A stretch of 64,000 nucleotides of DNA. It comes from Candidatus Anderseniibacteriota bacterium (GTDB taxonomy: Bacteria > Patescibacteriota > Andersenbacteria > UBA10190). The stretch spans positions 210,178-274,177 of the forward strand of contig JACPWO010000002.1 in assembly GCA_016197005.1 (NCBI GenBank), in the 5' to 3' direction. Each line of letters begins with the position of its first letter. Within the stretch, counting starts at the first letter, position 1. Under the pieces are notes generated by a model that worked only from the letters and a program-made list of their open reading frames with translations, ran no database searches and was not told the DNA's origin. Of the stretch, positions 20,528 through 30,641 are shown in pieces. Position numbers and translations under genes: made by a program.

Positions 20528-21109
20528 ATGTCTGTCACTACACCCATGACGAAGCAGCTGCAGAAAGAGTTGAAGATTAAAAATCTTCACGCGGTGCCAC
20601 GCATCACAAAAGTTGTTGTGAACGTTGGCGTTGGCAAGCACCGTGACGATAAAGGATACGTTGAAGCAGTTATGAAAGACCTAGCCGCTATTACTGGCCA
20701 GAAGCCTCGTGAACGACGAGCTCGTAAAGCAGTCGCAGGTTTCAAAGTGCGTGAAGGTAATCTCGTCGGTTACCAAGTAACGCTGCGTGGTAAGCGGATG
20801 GAAGATTTCATCCAGCGCTTTGTAAATATTACGCTACCTCGTGTTCGTGATTTTCGTGGACTGCCTAGCACTAGTTTTGATGGCAGTGGCAATGTCAGTG
20901 TCGGTATGAAAGAGCATATGGCTTTCCCAGAAATTCAAGCAGATAAAACCGACGTTATGTTCGGGGTTGAAGTTACGTTTGTTACGTCGGCTAAAGATAA
21001 TGATGAAGCAAGAAAACTGTTCGCCGCTCTTGGCTTTCCGTTTACAACGAAAGCATCAGAAGTCGCAGGCTTGCCCACAATGGCTACTTCTGGTATAAAA
21101 AAGGACTAA
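20528..21109 (+). CDS. rplE: 50S ribosomal protein L5
   Basis: ORF 20414..21109 trimmed to MSVTT; family match. Confidence 0.92.
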   Translation: MSVTTPMTKQLQKELKIKNLHAVPRITKVVVNVGVGKHRDDKGYVEAVMKDLAAITGQKPRERRARKAVAGFKVREGNLVGYQVTLRGKRMEDFIQRFVNITLPRVRDFRGLPSTSFDGSGNVSVGMKEHMAFPEIQADKTDVMFGVEVTFVTSAKDNDEARKLFAALGFPFTTKASEVAGLPTMATSGIKKD

Positions 21110-21111
21110 TT

Positions 21112-21297
21112 ATGGCAACAGAAGCTCAAATTGCAAAATCGAAGAAAAAGCCGAAATTTTCTAGTCGGCTGGTACGACGCTGTGCTCAATGTGGTCGTCC
21201 ACGAGGGTACATGCGTGATTTCGGGTTGTGTCGTATTTGTTTTAGGGAACGGGCTGAACAAGGTCATATTCCGGGGATTAGAAAGTCTAGCTGGTAG
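21112..21297 (+). CDS. rpsZ: 30S ribosomal protein S14 type Z (zinc-binding)
   Basis: 61 aa, CAQCGRPRG...CRICFRE. Confidence 0.93.
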   Translation: MATEAQIAKSKKKPKFSSRLVRRCAQCGRPRGYMRDFGLCRICFRERAEQGHIPGIRKSSW

Positions 21298-21300
21298 CCT

Positions 21301-21687
21301 ATGGATCCTATTGCTGACATGTTAACGAGTCTCATCAACGCCCAGCGCGCGCAAAAAAAGCGGGTGGCGGTTCCGTATTCTCGTTTTAAGGAAGCGCTGC
21401 TTGCTACACTCCAAGAACAAGGATTTGTTAGCAGCGTTCGCACTCAAGACAGCCCAGCTGCAAAGTTAATTGTATCGTTGGCCTATACAGAAGATGGCAG
21501 TCCTCGTCTTAATGGGGTTAAGCGTCTGTCGACTCCGGGTCGACGTCGCTACGCTGGCGCAACTCAAATGCCCTACAACTACACGGGTTTTGGAAAAATT
21601 ATTGTATCGACGTCGAAGGGTCTGATGGAAGCAGATAAAGCCAAGAAGGAAAAACTTGGTGGAGAATTAGTTTGTGCTATTTGGTAA
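21301..21687 (+). CDS. rpsH: 30S ribosomal protein S8
   Basis: MDPIADMLTSLINAQRA. Confidence 0.93.
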   Translation: MDPIADMLTSLINAQRAQKKRVAVPYSRFKEALLATLQEQGFVSSVRTQDSPAAKLIVSLAYTEDGSPRLNGVKRLSTPGRRRYAGATQMPYNYTGFGKIIVSTSKGLMEADKAKKEKLGGELVCAIW

Positions 21688-21695
21688 CTATTACT

Positions 21696-22241
21696 ATGTC
21701 CCGCATTGGTAAACAACCTATTACATTACCCACCGGTGTTACCGCGACTGTTGAGTATGAAAAAGTAATCATTAAAGGAGCTAAGGGAGAAATTACTCGT
21801 ATCATTCATCCTGATATTAAAGTTGTAGTTGAAGGAAATGTTGTGACCTGTAGCGTTGTTCGTCAGAGCAAGCAAGCCAGTGCATTGTGGGGTACAACCC
21901 GTGCTGTTATTGCTAGTGCTGCTGAAGGTGTCTCAGCCGGAGTTAAGAAACAGCTTGAACTTCAAGGTGTTGGTTATCGCGCCGCGGTAAAAGGAAAGAA
22001 TCTAGAATTACTCGTCGGTTTTTCACATCCAGTTAAAGTTGATGCTCCAGAGCACATAACATTTTCTGTTGAAAAAGAAATCATTACAGTTGAAGGAGTT
22101 GACCCAATTGTTGTCGGTCAAACAGCTGCTAATATTCGAAAGATTCGTCCCCCTGAGCCATACAAAGGTAAGGGCATCCGTTATGTGGGTGAGCATGTTC
22201 GTCGTAAAGCTGGAAAAGTTGTTGGTGCTACTACTGCCTAA
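21696..22241 (+). CDS. rplF: 50S ribosomal protein L6
   Basis: ORF 21672..22241 trimmed to MSRIGKQPI. Confidence 0.92.
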   Translation: MSRIGKQPITLPTGVTATVEYEKVIIKGAKGEITRIIHPDIKVVVEGNVVTCSVVRQSKQASALWGTTRAVIASAAEGVSAGVKKQLELQGVGYRAAVKGKNLELLVGFSHPVKVDAPEHITFSVEKEIITVEGVDPIVVGQTAANIRKIRPPEPYKGKGIRYVGEHVRRKAGKVVGATTA

Positions 22242-22245
22242 TACT

Positions 22246-22551
22246 ATGAATCACGCTTCTCGAGAACAACGAAAACGTCGCATCCGCGCTAAAATCCGCG
22301 GTACTGCTGAGCGTCCTCGCGCCAGCGTCTTTCGCAGTAATACTCGACTGACCGTACAGCTTATTGATGATGTGGCGAGCCGTACTCTTATCAGTGCCTC
22401 TGGTGCTCCAGATACTGTTGGTTCAACTATTGGCGAGGCTGCTAAGAAGTTAGGTGTCGACAAGATTGTGTTTGATCGGGGTGGTTATCGTTATCACGGT
22501 CGAGTAAAAGCAGTCGCTGAAGCAATGCGTGCTAGTGGCCTTAAGTTTTAA
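22246..22551 (+). CDS. rplR: 50S ribosomal protein L18
   Basis: ORF 22069..22551 trimmed to MNHASREQRKRRIRAKIRG. Confidence 0.9.
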   Translation: MNHASREQRKRRIRAKIRGTAERPRASVFRSNTRLTVQLIDDVASRTLISASGAPDTVGSTIGEAAKKLGVDKIVFDRGGYRYHGRVKAVAEAMRASGLKF

Positions 22552-22558
22552 TTCTCCT

Positions 22559-23047
22559 ATGACTGATCAAGTTCTAGCTAAAGACCGTCGCACCATAGCT
22601 GTTTCGAAAGAACGAGCGCAGTACGATCATGAAGTACTCGATATTGCTCGCGTTGTCCGTGTGGTAAAGGGTGGACGTCGTTTCCGATTCCGTGCCAGCG
22701 TATTAGTTGGTAATCGCAACGGCAAAGTTGGTTTTGGTGTCGGCAAAAGCCGAGACGTTCAATCCGCTATCCAAAAAGCTCAGGCTCAGGCTGAGAAAAG
22801 TTTAATTACTATTGTTCTTGATGGCGCTACGATTGCCCATGAAGTATTTGCTCGCTACAAGGGGGCTCAGCTAAAGCTACGTCCAGCGCAACCAGGAACT
22901 GGTGTTATTGCTGGTAACGTCGTTCGTGCTGTGGCGGAACTTGCTGGCGTAAAAGATCTCGTCTCAAAAGCATTTGGTTCGTCCAACAAGATTAATAACG
23001 TGAAAGCCGCTCTGCTTGCTTTTCAGAATGTAAGTAAAAAGAAATAA
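22559..23047 (+). CDS. rpsE: 30S ribosomal protein S5
   Basis: ORF 22529..23047 trimmed to MTDQ; RVVKGGRRFRFRA motif; followed directly by L15 with no rpmD. Confidence 0.92.
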   Translation: MTDQVLAKDRRTIAVSKERAQYDHEVLDIARVVRVVKGGRRFRFRASVLVGNRNGKVGFGVGKSRDVQSAIQKAQAQAEKSLITIVLDGATIAHEVFARYKGAQLKLRPAQPGTGVIAGNVVRAVAELAGVKDLVSKAFGSSNKINNVKAALLAFQNVSKKK

Positions 23048-23051
23048 TCTT

Positions 23052-23492
23052 ATGGCCTTATCACTTCCTAAAATTAGCCGAAGAAAAAAGCGTATTGGGC
23101 GCGGTATTGGTGCTCGTGGCGCTAAGTCTGGTCGTGGTCAAAAAGGACAGAAATCTCGTGCTGGATATACTCGCAAATTTGGTCATGAAGGAGGACAAAC
23201 TCCATTATATATGCGTCTGCCAAAAGGGCGTGGCACAAAACAGTGGCCAGCTTCTCTTCGCGTTAAATCACTTGCCTTAGAAGTAAGTCGTTTACCACAC
23301 GTTGCTCAAGACGGTATTGTTGGACCAGGATCACTGCGCAAAGCTGGAGTTCTAAAGCGTAAAACACATCGCATTAAACTTATTGGCTCCGATAAAGTTG
23401 CCGCTAAGTACACCGTACGAGTTCATGCCGCTAGTCCAGCAGCTGTAAAAGCAGTCGAAGATGCTGGCGGAAAGGTAGAGATTATTAAGTAG
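23052..23492 (+). CDS. rplO: 50S ribosomal protein L15
   Basis: RIGRGIGARGAKSGRGQKGQKSR. Confidence 0.93.
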   Translation: MALSLPKISRRKKRIGRGIGARGAKSGRGQKGQKSRAGYTRKFGHEGGQTPLYMRLPKGRGTKQWPASLRVKSLALEVSRLPHVAQDGIVGPGSLRKAGVLKRKTHRIKLIGSDKVAAKYTVRVHAASPAAVKAVEDAGGKVEIIK

Positions 23493-23560
23493 TAAGGGAG
23501 ATACACAGTGTTACGTAAGTGACCTGTATATCGTATACTTCTCCTTAGTACTCATCCCCT

Positions 23561-24862
23561 ATGCTCGCTTGGAACAAAGTAACTCAATTATTTCGTATCC
23601 CAGAACTGCGTAAGAAAATCCTGGTTGTCTTAGGACTACTAGCTGTTTTCCGTATTGCGGCAATTATTCCTGTGCCCGGTGTTCCGGCCGAGAGCTTGCG
23701 TAGTTTATTTGCTGGTAACCAACTCTTTGGTCTTCTTGATATCTTTTCTGGAGGCGGACTTTCCAAAGTTTCTATTTTGATGTTGGGCGTCGGTCCTTAT
23801 ATCACAGCTTCAATCGTTATGCAGCTTATGACCATGATTATTCCTCGCCTGGAAGAGATGCAGAAAGAAGAAGGAGAAGCTGGTCGTCGCAAACTCAATC
23901 AATGGACACGATTATTGGCAGTCCCACTAGCAGCTCTTCAGGGTTTTGCCTATTTGAATTTACTTCAGCAAGGTGCCGCTCGCGGTGGTGCCGGTTTTGG
24001 TATTTCCTTTACACAGTGGGAAATGATTATTACGCTGGTGGCAGTTACAACCGGCACAATTTTTCTCATGTGGCTGGGTGAACTCATTACTGAGCAAGGT
24101 ATTGGTAATGGTATCTCCCTTATTATTTTCGTCGGTATTATTTCACGACTTCCCCAAGCTACTTCCCAGATCATTGCTACCTGGACACCAGACCAATTAT
24201 TTACCTACGGACTCTTTCTAGCGGTATCCCTAATTGTTATTGCCGGTGTCGTTCTCGTATCTGAGGGCCAGCGCATTATTCCAATTAGCTACGCTCGTCG
24301 TGTCCGAGGCGGACAAGTCCTAGGCGGTGCCTCTACTCATTTACCACTCCGCGTCAACCAAGCGGGAGTTATTCCAATTATCTTTGCCTTGTCAGTCATG
24401 TTATTCCCAGGAGTAGTGGCTAATTTCTTTGTCGGTTCGCAAAACCCCCAAGTAGCTCAAACTGCTTCCTGGATCGTAAACTTGTTCCAAAATCAACTAT
24501 TTTACGGCATTGCCTACTTTGTACTGGTGGTAGCGTTTACCTATTTTTATACCGCGGTTACGTTCGATCCCGATCAAATTGCTGAAAATGTTCAGAAGCA
24601 AGGTGGCTTTATTCCTGGTATTCGCCCTGGTAAGCGTACATCTGAATATCTCAAATATATTTTGAATCGCATCACGCTTACCGGTGCTATTTTCTTGGGC
24701 ATCATTGCGGTGTTGCCACTCGCCGTACAGGGAATAACGGGTATTAGTACACTGACCATTGGTGGGACGGCATTGCTAATCGTTGTTTCAGTTGTTCTCG
24801 AAACAATGAAACAAATTGAGTCCCAACTGACGATGCGAGAATACGAAGGCTTTTTGCGCTAG
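23561..24862 (+). CDS. secY: preprotein translocase SecY
   Basis: 10 TM helices, SecY signature region, operon context. Confidence 0.95.
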   Translation: MLAWNKVTQLFRIPELRKKILVVLGLLAVFRIAAIIPVPGVPAESLRSLFAGNQLFGLLDIFSGGGLSKVSILMLGVGPYITASIVMQLMTMIIPRLEEMQKEEGEAGRRKLNQWTRLLAVPLAALQGFAYLNLLQQGAARGGAGFGISFTQWEMIITLVAVTTGTIFLMWLGELITEQGIGNGISLIIFVGIISRLPQATSQIIATWTPDQLFTYGLFLAVSLIVIAGVVLVSEGQRIIPISYARRVRGGQVLGGASTHLPLRVNQAGVIPIIFALSVMLFPGVVANFFVGSQNPQVAQTASWIVNLFQNQLFYGIAYFVLVVAFTYFYTAVTFDPDQIAENVQKQGGFIPGIRPGKRTSEYLKYILNRITLTGAIFLGIIAVLPLAVQGITGISTLTIGGTALLIVVSVVLETMKQIESQLTMREYEGFLR

Positions 24863-24902
24863 TAGGCGCCTATCGTTTCTCAGATTGTAGTAACATGGGA
24901 AT

Positions 24903-25568
24903 ATGAGTCTCCCCAAAGTAATTTACGTCATGGGTCCTCCTGGTGCCGGTAAAGGCACGCAGTCGGAGTTACTCAGTCAAGAACTTGGATATCATCGCTT
25001 TAGCACCGGTGATGCCTTTCGCCAAATGGCGAGACAAGACACTCCGCTTGGTCGCCGCGTAGACGAAATTATTCACGGTCAAGGAAAACTTATGCCACCG
25101 AAGGAGGCGGCAGAAATTGTTATTGCTGCCGTGAAAGAATACACCGCGGAAGGGAAAGGTATTATTTTTGATGGTACCCCGCGAACGATTGAAGAGTCAG
25201 AAGCAGTCGATGAATTTTTTTTGAAAGAAGGCTATGGGCGACCATTAGCGATTCGCTTAGTAGTTGATCAAGACGAAATGGTAGCGCGTAACAGCAAACG
25301 ACGGTTTTGTATGGATATAAAAAATGATTTTCCTGTCGTAACCGACGAGGATGTAAAAAAGTGTGAAGAATTGGGGGGCCGCATTGGTCGACGTGAAGAT
25401 GACTCACCGGAGATATTTGCAATGCGCTGGAGCGAATTTATGGACAAGACCTGGCCAGTCATTAAGAAATACAAGCAAGAGGGCATCCTGCAAGAAATTG
25501 ATGGCCATCACAGTATTGAGGAAGTTCACGGCGCTGTCATGCAACTCATAAGTCGCCTTCGTGGTTAG
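24903..25568 (+). CDS. adk: adenylate kinase
   Basis: GPPGAGKGTQ P-loop. Confidence 0.93.
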   Translation: MSLPKVIYVMGPPGAGKGTQSELLSQELGYHRFSTGDAFRQMARQDTPLGRRVDEIIHGQGKLMPPKEAAEIVIAAVKEYTAEGKGIIFDGTPRTIEESEAVDEFFLKEGYGRPLAIRLVVDQDEMVARNSKRRFCMDIKNDFPVVTDEDVKKCEELGGRIGRREDDSPEIFAMRWSEFMDKTWPVIKKYKQEGILQEIDGHHSIEEVHGAVMQLISRLRG

Positions 25569-26319
25569 TCTAAAATCAACTGAAGACATTCAACATCTAG
25601 CAGAGGGGGGCGCTTTATTGGGCAACATCTTAGAAGAGCTTGGCAGTATGGTGAAACCGGGTGTTACCGGTCAGGAACTGGAAGTAGTCGCTCGCAAGCG
25701 GATGCAAGAACATAATGTTATACCAGCCTTTCTGGGTTATGGCGGGGGAGGACACACTCCCTATCCGGCCGCTCTCTGTGTTTCTGTTAATGAGGTAGTT
25801 GTGCACGGAATCCCGAGTAGCCAACCTTTCGTTGAAGGTGACATAGTCAGTATTGATGCCGGTCTCATTTACAAAAATAAGTACTACCTTGATAGTGCTC
25901 ACACGTTTGCGGTTGGAACACTCGCACCCCAAACACAACGCTTACTTGATATTACGAAGCAGTCTCTCGATAAGGGAATTGCTGTAGCTCGCATCGGTAA
26001 TACCACCGGCGATATTGGACATGCAGTGCAATCATTTGTGGAAAGTAATGGATTAGGAGTAGTTCATCAACTGGTCGGTCACGGGGTTGGGTTTGACGTT
26101 CATGAAGAGCCCCAAGTACCTAATTTTGGGAAGCCAGGACGTGGGCATATATTAGAGGAAGGTCTGGTTATTGCTATTGAGCCAATGGTGACTATTGGTG
26201 ACCCGGCTGTTATTACTGAAGCGGATGGATGGACTATTTCTACGAAAGCTGGCGGTCTGGCCGCACATTTTGAGCATACCGTGGCAATCACGAAAGACGG
26301 GCCGAAAGTGCTAACCTAA
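25561..26319 (+). CDS. map: methionine aminopeptidase type I
   Basis: Pita-bread fold motifs, operon context. Confidence 0.9.
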   Translation: MVSLKSTEDIQHLAEGGALLGNILEELGSMVKPGVTGQELEVVARKRMQEHNVIPAFLGYGGGGHTPYPAALCVSVNEVVVHGIPSSQPFVEGDIVSIDAGLIYKNKYYLDSAHTFAVGTLAPQTQRLLDITKQSLDKGIAVARIGNTTGDIGHAVQSFVESNGLGVVHQLVGHGVGFDVHEEPQVPNFGKPGRGHILEEGLVIAIEPMVTIGDPAVITEADGWTISTKAGGLAAHFEHTVAITKDGPKVLT

Positions 26320-26324
26320 GGTAC

Positions 26325-26726
26325 ATGATTTTGGCAGTAGATTTAGGAGATAGGCACGTGGGAATGGCTTTGGGAAATCCACCGGAGATTCCAGTGCATC
26401 GATATACCACGTTGGATCGCAAGCTGAAAGATGCGTTGGTCGAGATTGCGGGCATTGTCGAAAAAGAACACGTAAAGACGGTGATTGTTGGTGTACCGAT
26501 CAGTTTATCGGGTGAGGAAACAGAACAGACATATAAAAGTCTCGCCTTCTTAGAGCAGCTAACTAGAAAACTTCATCCTGATGTCGAAGTAGAAAGCGTT
26601 GATGAAACGCTTACTTCGGTTGAGGCTCGGCGGATTATCTCAGTAGAAGGTGGAAAACCGGAGGATGAACATATGGAGGCGGCGCGACTTATGCTTGTGC
26701 AGTACTTGCATGAACGCAATACCTAG
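26325..26726 (+). CDS. ruvX: Holliday junction resolvase-like RuvX/YqgF (putative pre-16S rRNA nuclease)
   Basis: MILAVDLGDRHVGMALG N-terminus, 133 aa. Confidence 0.8.
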   Translation: MILAVDLGDRHVGMALGNPPEIPVHRYTTLDRKLKDALVEIAGIVEKEHVKTVIVGVPISLSGEETEQTYKSLAFLEQLTRKLHPDVEVESVDETLTSVEARRIISVEGGKPEDEHMEAARLMLVQYLHERNT

Positions 26727-27405
26727 ACACGTTGCTATTATCCCTGACGGCAATCGCCGGTGGGCAAAAGGGCAAGGATTATCTGCTTTTGATGGTCATC
26801 AAAAGGGAGTCGATATTTTTCGTGATGTTGTAAATCATGCCGCTGATAAAGGGGTGCGGGCTATTTCCCTGTGGGGTATGTCGATCGATAACTTTGTTAA
26901 GCGAAGTCCTTTGGAAATAAAGGGACTCGTAAATATTTTTCAGAAGGAGTTTGAACGCATGTTAACAGATAGCGATATCCATGAGAGAAAAATGCGCGTG
27001 CGCGTGTTTGGCCGATGGCAAGAAAAATTTCCTCGGAAACTTAGGAGCGCAATAGAGGCGGTTGAAGAGGCCACTGCGAAATATTCTAATTACGCTATGA
27101 ATCTATTTTTGGCATATAACGGAACCGATGAAATGATTCAAGCGGTTCAGAAAATTGTTGAGAGTGGTCAAAAAAAGATAACCTCGAGTGTTATTAAAGA
27201 GCATTTATTTACGAAAGATCTACCCTCTGTAGATTTGCTTATCCGCACAGGTGGAGAACCACACTTATCAGCTGGGTTTATGATGTGGGATGTGGCTGAT
27301 TCGGAACTCTATTTTACCGATACCTATTGGCCGGCCTTTACTACTAATGAATTTGATATAGCTCTGAGTGAATACGCTACACGACGAAGAAAACATGGGA
27401 AATAA
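26710..27405 (+). CDS. uppS: undecaprenyl diphosphate synthase (cis-prenyltransferase)
   Basis: ORF 26650..27405 trimmed to MNAIPRHVAIIPDGNRRWA. Confidence 0.9.
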   Translation: MNAIPRHVAIIPDGNRRWAKGQGLSAFDGHQKGVDIFRDVVNHAADKGVRAISLWGMSIDNFVKRSPLEIKGLVNIFQKEFERMLTDSDIHERKMRVRVFGRWQEKFPRKLRSAIEAVEEATAKYSNYAMNLFLAYNGTDEMIQAVQKIVESGQKKITSSVIKEHLFTKDLPSVDLLIRTGGEPHLSAGFMMWDVADSELYFTDTYWPAFTTNEFDIALSEYATRRRKHGK

Positions 27406-27442
27406 AAACTCCTGACCCACAAAGTGTCAGGAGAGTTTTTTT
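27405..27442. terminator. bidirectional terminator between convergent uppS and GNAT genes
   Basis: CTCCTGAC-N9-GTCAGGAG hairpin flanked by A-run and T7. Confidence 0.6.
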
Positions 27443-27954
27443 AGGTCCAGCCAGTACTGAACCTCTTGGACCATCGTATGCTCAAGCGGACGTTCCACAG
27501 GAACACCGTCAGTGGTCATGCCAAGTGATTCGTAGAATCTACGGCCTCGCTCGTTACTTGCAAGCGTCCACACAAATACTTTTTTCACTCTGTGTTCGTG
27601 CAGGAGCCCAAAGGCTAGGTTGGCCAGAGACGCACCGACCTTTTGTCCCCAGTAACCTGGATGGACGTACAGAACGTAAATCTCGCCTAGTAACTCTCGG
27701 CGATCGTGCTCGCTGCTAACACCGAATCGAATGAAGCCAATCGTCTGACGATTGAAGCGCGCCACGTAAGTTTGGATCTTCGTGGGTGGCTCCAAGAGTC
27801 GCTTCCATACTCGAGGCTGTGTTTCTTTTGTACACATCTGCAGCTGCTCCGGAGTGAGCAAATTCTCATAGGCTACTTGCCAAGCCTCAGCGTGAAGCTC
27901 AGCAATGCCGTCGGCATCGTCAAGCTGCGCCGGTCGAATGAACCAAGGGGGCAT
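27427..27954 (-). CDS. GNAT family N-acetyltransferase
   Basis: YVHPGYWGQKVGASL motif A, 175 aa. Confidence 0.8.
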   Translation of the reverse strand: MPPWFIRPAQLDDADGIAELHAEAWQVAYENLLTPEQLQMCTKETQPRVWKRLLEPPTKIQTYVARFNRQTIGFIRFGVSSEHDRRELLGEIYVLYVHPGYWGQKVGASLANLAFGLLHEHRVKKVFVWTLASNERGRRFYESLGMTTDGVPVERPLEHTMVQEVQYWLDLKKLS

Positions 27955-28027
27955 TTCTATACCGTTTGTTCAATGGAGGGTACAAGTTGGTAGGTACAGA
28001 ATACTTATTTATTATTATTTGTCAAAT

Positions 28028-29092
28028 TTACTCTACCGGTTCAGGAACCTTTTGTTCACGTAAGAACTCTGCCGCTTCTTCTGGTGCCATAGTATTAATT
28101 TCAAGGCCCGTACCTAACTCAAATCCACCCCACTGTCCCAGTCTAGGCAAAATAGAGACATGCCAACGAAAATTGCCGAACAGGCGATCGTCGCAAACAA
28201 ATCCGTTATCGTCGCATGGAGCGGAATGAATGTAATAGTTGTACGCTGGGTTTTTTAATCCGACTGCAATTCTGCCGAGTGCCTGCCGCATCGCTTCCGC
28301 CAAGGAACGCTGCTGCGAAGAATCGATTGATTCAAAATGCGGATTGGATTTATTTGGCAGTACCCACGTTTCAAAAGGGACACGAGAAGCAAAAGGACAA
28401 AACACAGTGAAATCCTCATTTTCCCACACAATGCGCCGCCCATCAGATTTTTCGAAATCAAGAATAATAGTAAATGCCTTCTGATCGTTTTTAGCCGCGT
28501 ACCGCTCAGTTCCATGTAAGAGGTCACTTATATCATTAGGAAGAACCGGAACAGTAAATATTTGGTGATGTGGATGCTCCAGTGAACCGCCTGCCTCTGG
28601 CCCTTGGTTTTTAATGATCTGAATGTAGTTTACGGATTGTTTAATCTGCAGTTGTCTATATCGCAGCACGAGCGCCTCAATTTCCATCGCCATTAGTTGT
28701 TCCGAGGCGTAGCCACCAAATTGATTGTGCCACCGAGTAGCTAGAATTTCGTGGTAGCCAACTGCCTCCGCTGCCCGATACGGACCAACTTGCCAGTGAC
28801 GTAGCTCGTCATGTGGTTGAAAAGCCGGATATTTATTACCAAAGATATGTACTTGCCAACGTTCAGGATCATCTGGGAGACGCAGCACATCAGGCTCTTG
28901 GGTAAACTTTCCCAGATTACAAAAAGGGCAGTCGTCTTTATATTTCGGCGTTTTATATGCATTAAATGAATGCCGCTTAGAGTCGCCGGCAAAATCATCG
29001 GGTCGTTTACCACGTCCAGTGGCAAGGACAACCCATTTTTCGGTTATCGGATCTTGTCTAAGCTCTCCTAGTTCGTGCGGACGTTTCATCAT
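28028..29092 (-). CDS. galT: galactose-1-phosphate uridylyltransferase (class I, HIT-like)
   Basis: CPFC zinc motif and HPHHQI active-site motif. Confidence 0.85.
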   Translation of the reverse strand: MMKRPHELGELRQDPITEKWVVLATGRGKRPDDFAGDSKRHSFNAYKTPKYKDDCPFCNLGKFTQEPDVLRLPDDPERWQVHIFGNKYPAFQPHDELRHWQVGPYRAAEAVGYHEILATRWHNQFGGYASEQLMAMEIEALVLRYRQLQIKQSVNYIQIIKNQGPEAGGSLEHPHHQIFTVPVLPNDISDLLHGTERYAAKNDQKAFTIILDFEKSDGRRIVWENEDFTVFCPFASRVPFETWVLPNKSNPHFESIDSSQQRSLAEAMRQALGRIAVGLKNPAYNYYIHSAPCDDNGFVCDDRLFGNFRWHVSILPRLGQWGGFELGTGLEINTMAPEEAAEFLREQKVPEPVE

Positions 29093-29813
29093 ATATGCCC
29101 TTCCACATATTGATTCTGACTTGTACTACCTCTAATAAAACATCGATGTATGCCTTTGTGGATACTTTACTGTCGGGGTCGTTTACCCAGTGAATTGGCT
29201 GTTCGGAAATTTTATAGCCTTTACGTCGGGCGACGGCGAGGGCTTCAACATCAAATCCCCAGCGGTCGATAGTAAGAACGGGGAAGACATCGTCGGAAGC
29301 TTGGGCGGTAAACACTTTAAATCCAGCTTGCGTATCTTTTATTCCAGGAATAGCCCAAAACTGAATCCATAAATTACCCATATCTCCCATAAGTTCTTTA
29401 TATTTTGGCTGGTGAACAGCAATTTGGGCACCCCTTATGTCCCGAGAACCAATGACAACATCATTGCCACGTTGGAGGAATGGTAAAAACTTCGCGAAGT
29501 GATCAATGGCAGTAGAATTATCTGCATCCATGAATAGTCGGTATTGTCCGGAAACGTGGGTCATACCAAAACGGACAGCGTATCCCTTGCCGTGGTTGCG
29601 ACCATATTGGAGTAATTTGATGCGAGGCTCAATGATCGCATGTTCGCGAACGAGATTCGCGGTATCGTCTTTAGAACCATCATCAACTACGGCAATTTCC
29701 CAGGTGTATGACTGCCGCTTTAAGTACTCAGTTGTTGCCTTTAGGGTGTGGGGTAAACGCTGTTCTTCGTTGTATGCTGGGATAACAACGGAAAGAAATA
29801 TTTTCTCTGCCAT
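29058..29813 (-). CDS. family 2 glycosyltransferase (polyprenol-phosphate sugar synthase-like)
   Basis: ORF 29058..29996 trimmed to MAEKIFLSVVIPAYNEE; DxD in VVDDGSKDDT. Confidence 0.8.
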   Translation of the reverse strand: MAEKIFLSVVIPAYNEEQRLPHTLKATTEYLKRQSYTWEIAVVDDGSKDDTANLVREHAIIEPRIKLLQYGRNHGKGYAVRFGMTHVSGQYRLFMDADNSTAIDHFAKFLPFLQRGNDVVIGSRDIRGAQIAVHQPKYKELMGDMGNLWIQFWAIPGIKDTQAGFKVFTAQASDDVFPVLTIDRWGFDVEALAVARRKGYKISEQPIHWVNDPDSKVSTKAYIDVLLEVVQVRINMWKGIYDETSARTRRA

Positions 29814-29841
29814 GCTCTTAGTATAGCGTATACTTATAGAT

Positions 29842-30621
29842 ATGAAGAAACGCCCAATTGTTGTCGGGAACTGGAAGATGGAGCTCTCACATAAAGCTGA
29901 GCTCGAACTCATTCGCGCCCTCAAAAATATGTTGAAAGGGGTACCAATCAAGAGTGAGGTGGTAGTGTGCCCATCGTATCCATCTTTACCAGCCATCGCT
30001 GAGGCGCTAAAGAAAAATAGTAAAATAGCAGTAGGAGCACAGAATGTTTTTTTAGAAGAAAAAGGCGCCTACACCGGCCAGGTTTCTGTCTTGGATATTA
30101 AGCCGTTCGTGAATTGGTCTTTAGTGGGACATTCTGAGGTACGAGCAGCAGCGGGAGTTACTGATGACATAGTTGTGAAAACGGCGGCTATGCTACGAGG
30201 ACACAATATTAATCCAATTGTCTGTATAGGGGAAAGTGAAGAGGAACGCAGAAGCGAACAGACCGTTACAAAAATTCGCACTCAGGTTGCCAGCTTAATT
30301 GAAGGCCTTGATCGTACTTCTCTGGTGCAAACAGTTATTGCGTATGAGCCAATATGGGCAATTGGAAGTGGGCAAACACCGGATCCTGATGACGTTGCTC
30401 AAATTGTTCTTCTCATTCGACGTCAACTGACTGATCGGTATGACCAGGAACTGGCTGAGCGGGTGCGGATTATATATGGAGGCAGCGTTACTCCAGAAAA
30501 CGCTGGACATTACGTCGGCGGTCCCAATGCAGACGGATTGCTAATTGGAGGAGCTTCTCTTCACCCCCAAAAATTCATGGAAATTATTCAAGCGGTGGAT
30601 TCCGCTTTCGGCGAGGCCTAA
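29842..30621 (+). CDS. tpiA: triosephosphate isomerase
   Basis: VVGNWKM, AYEPIWAIGSG motifs. Confidence 0.93.
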   Translation: MKKRPIVVGNWKMELSHKAELELIRALKNMLKGVPIKSEVVVCPSYPSLPAIAEALKKNSKIAVGAQNVFLEEKGAYTGQVSVLDIKPFVNWSLVGHSEVRAAAGVTDDIVVKTAAMLRGHNINPIVCIGESEEERRSEQTVTKIRTQVASLIEGLDRTSLVQTVIAYEPIWAIGSGQTPDPDDVAQIVLLIRRQLTDRYDQELAERVRIIYGGSVTPENAGHYVGGPNADGLLIGGASLHPQKFMEIIQAVDSAFGEA

Positions 30622-30641
30622 AAATTGATATACTGAGTCAG

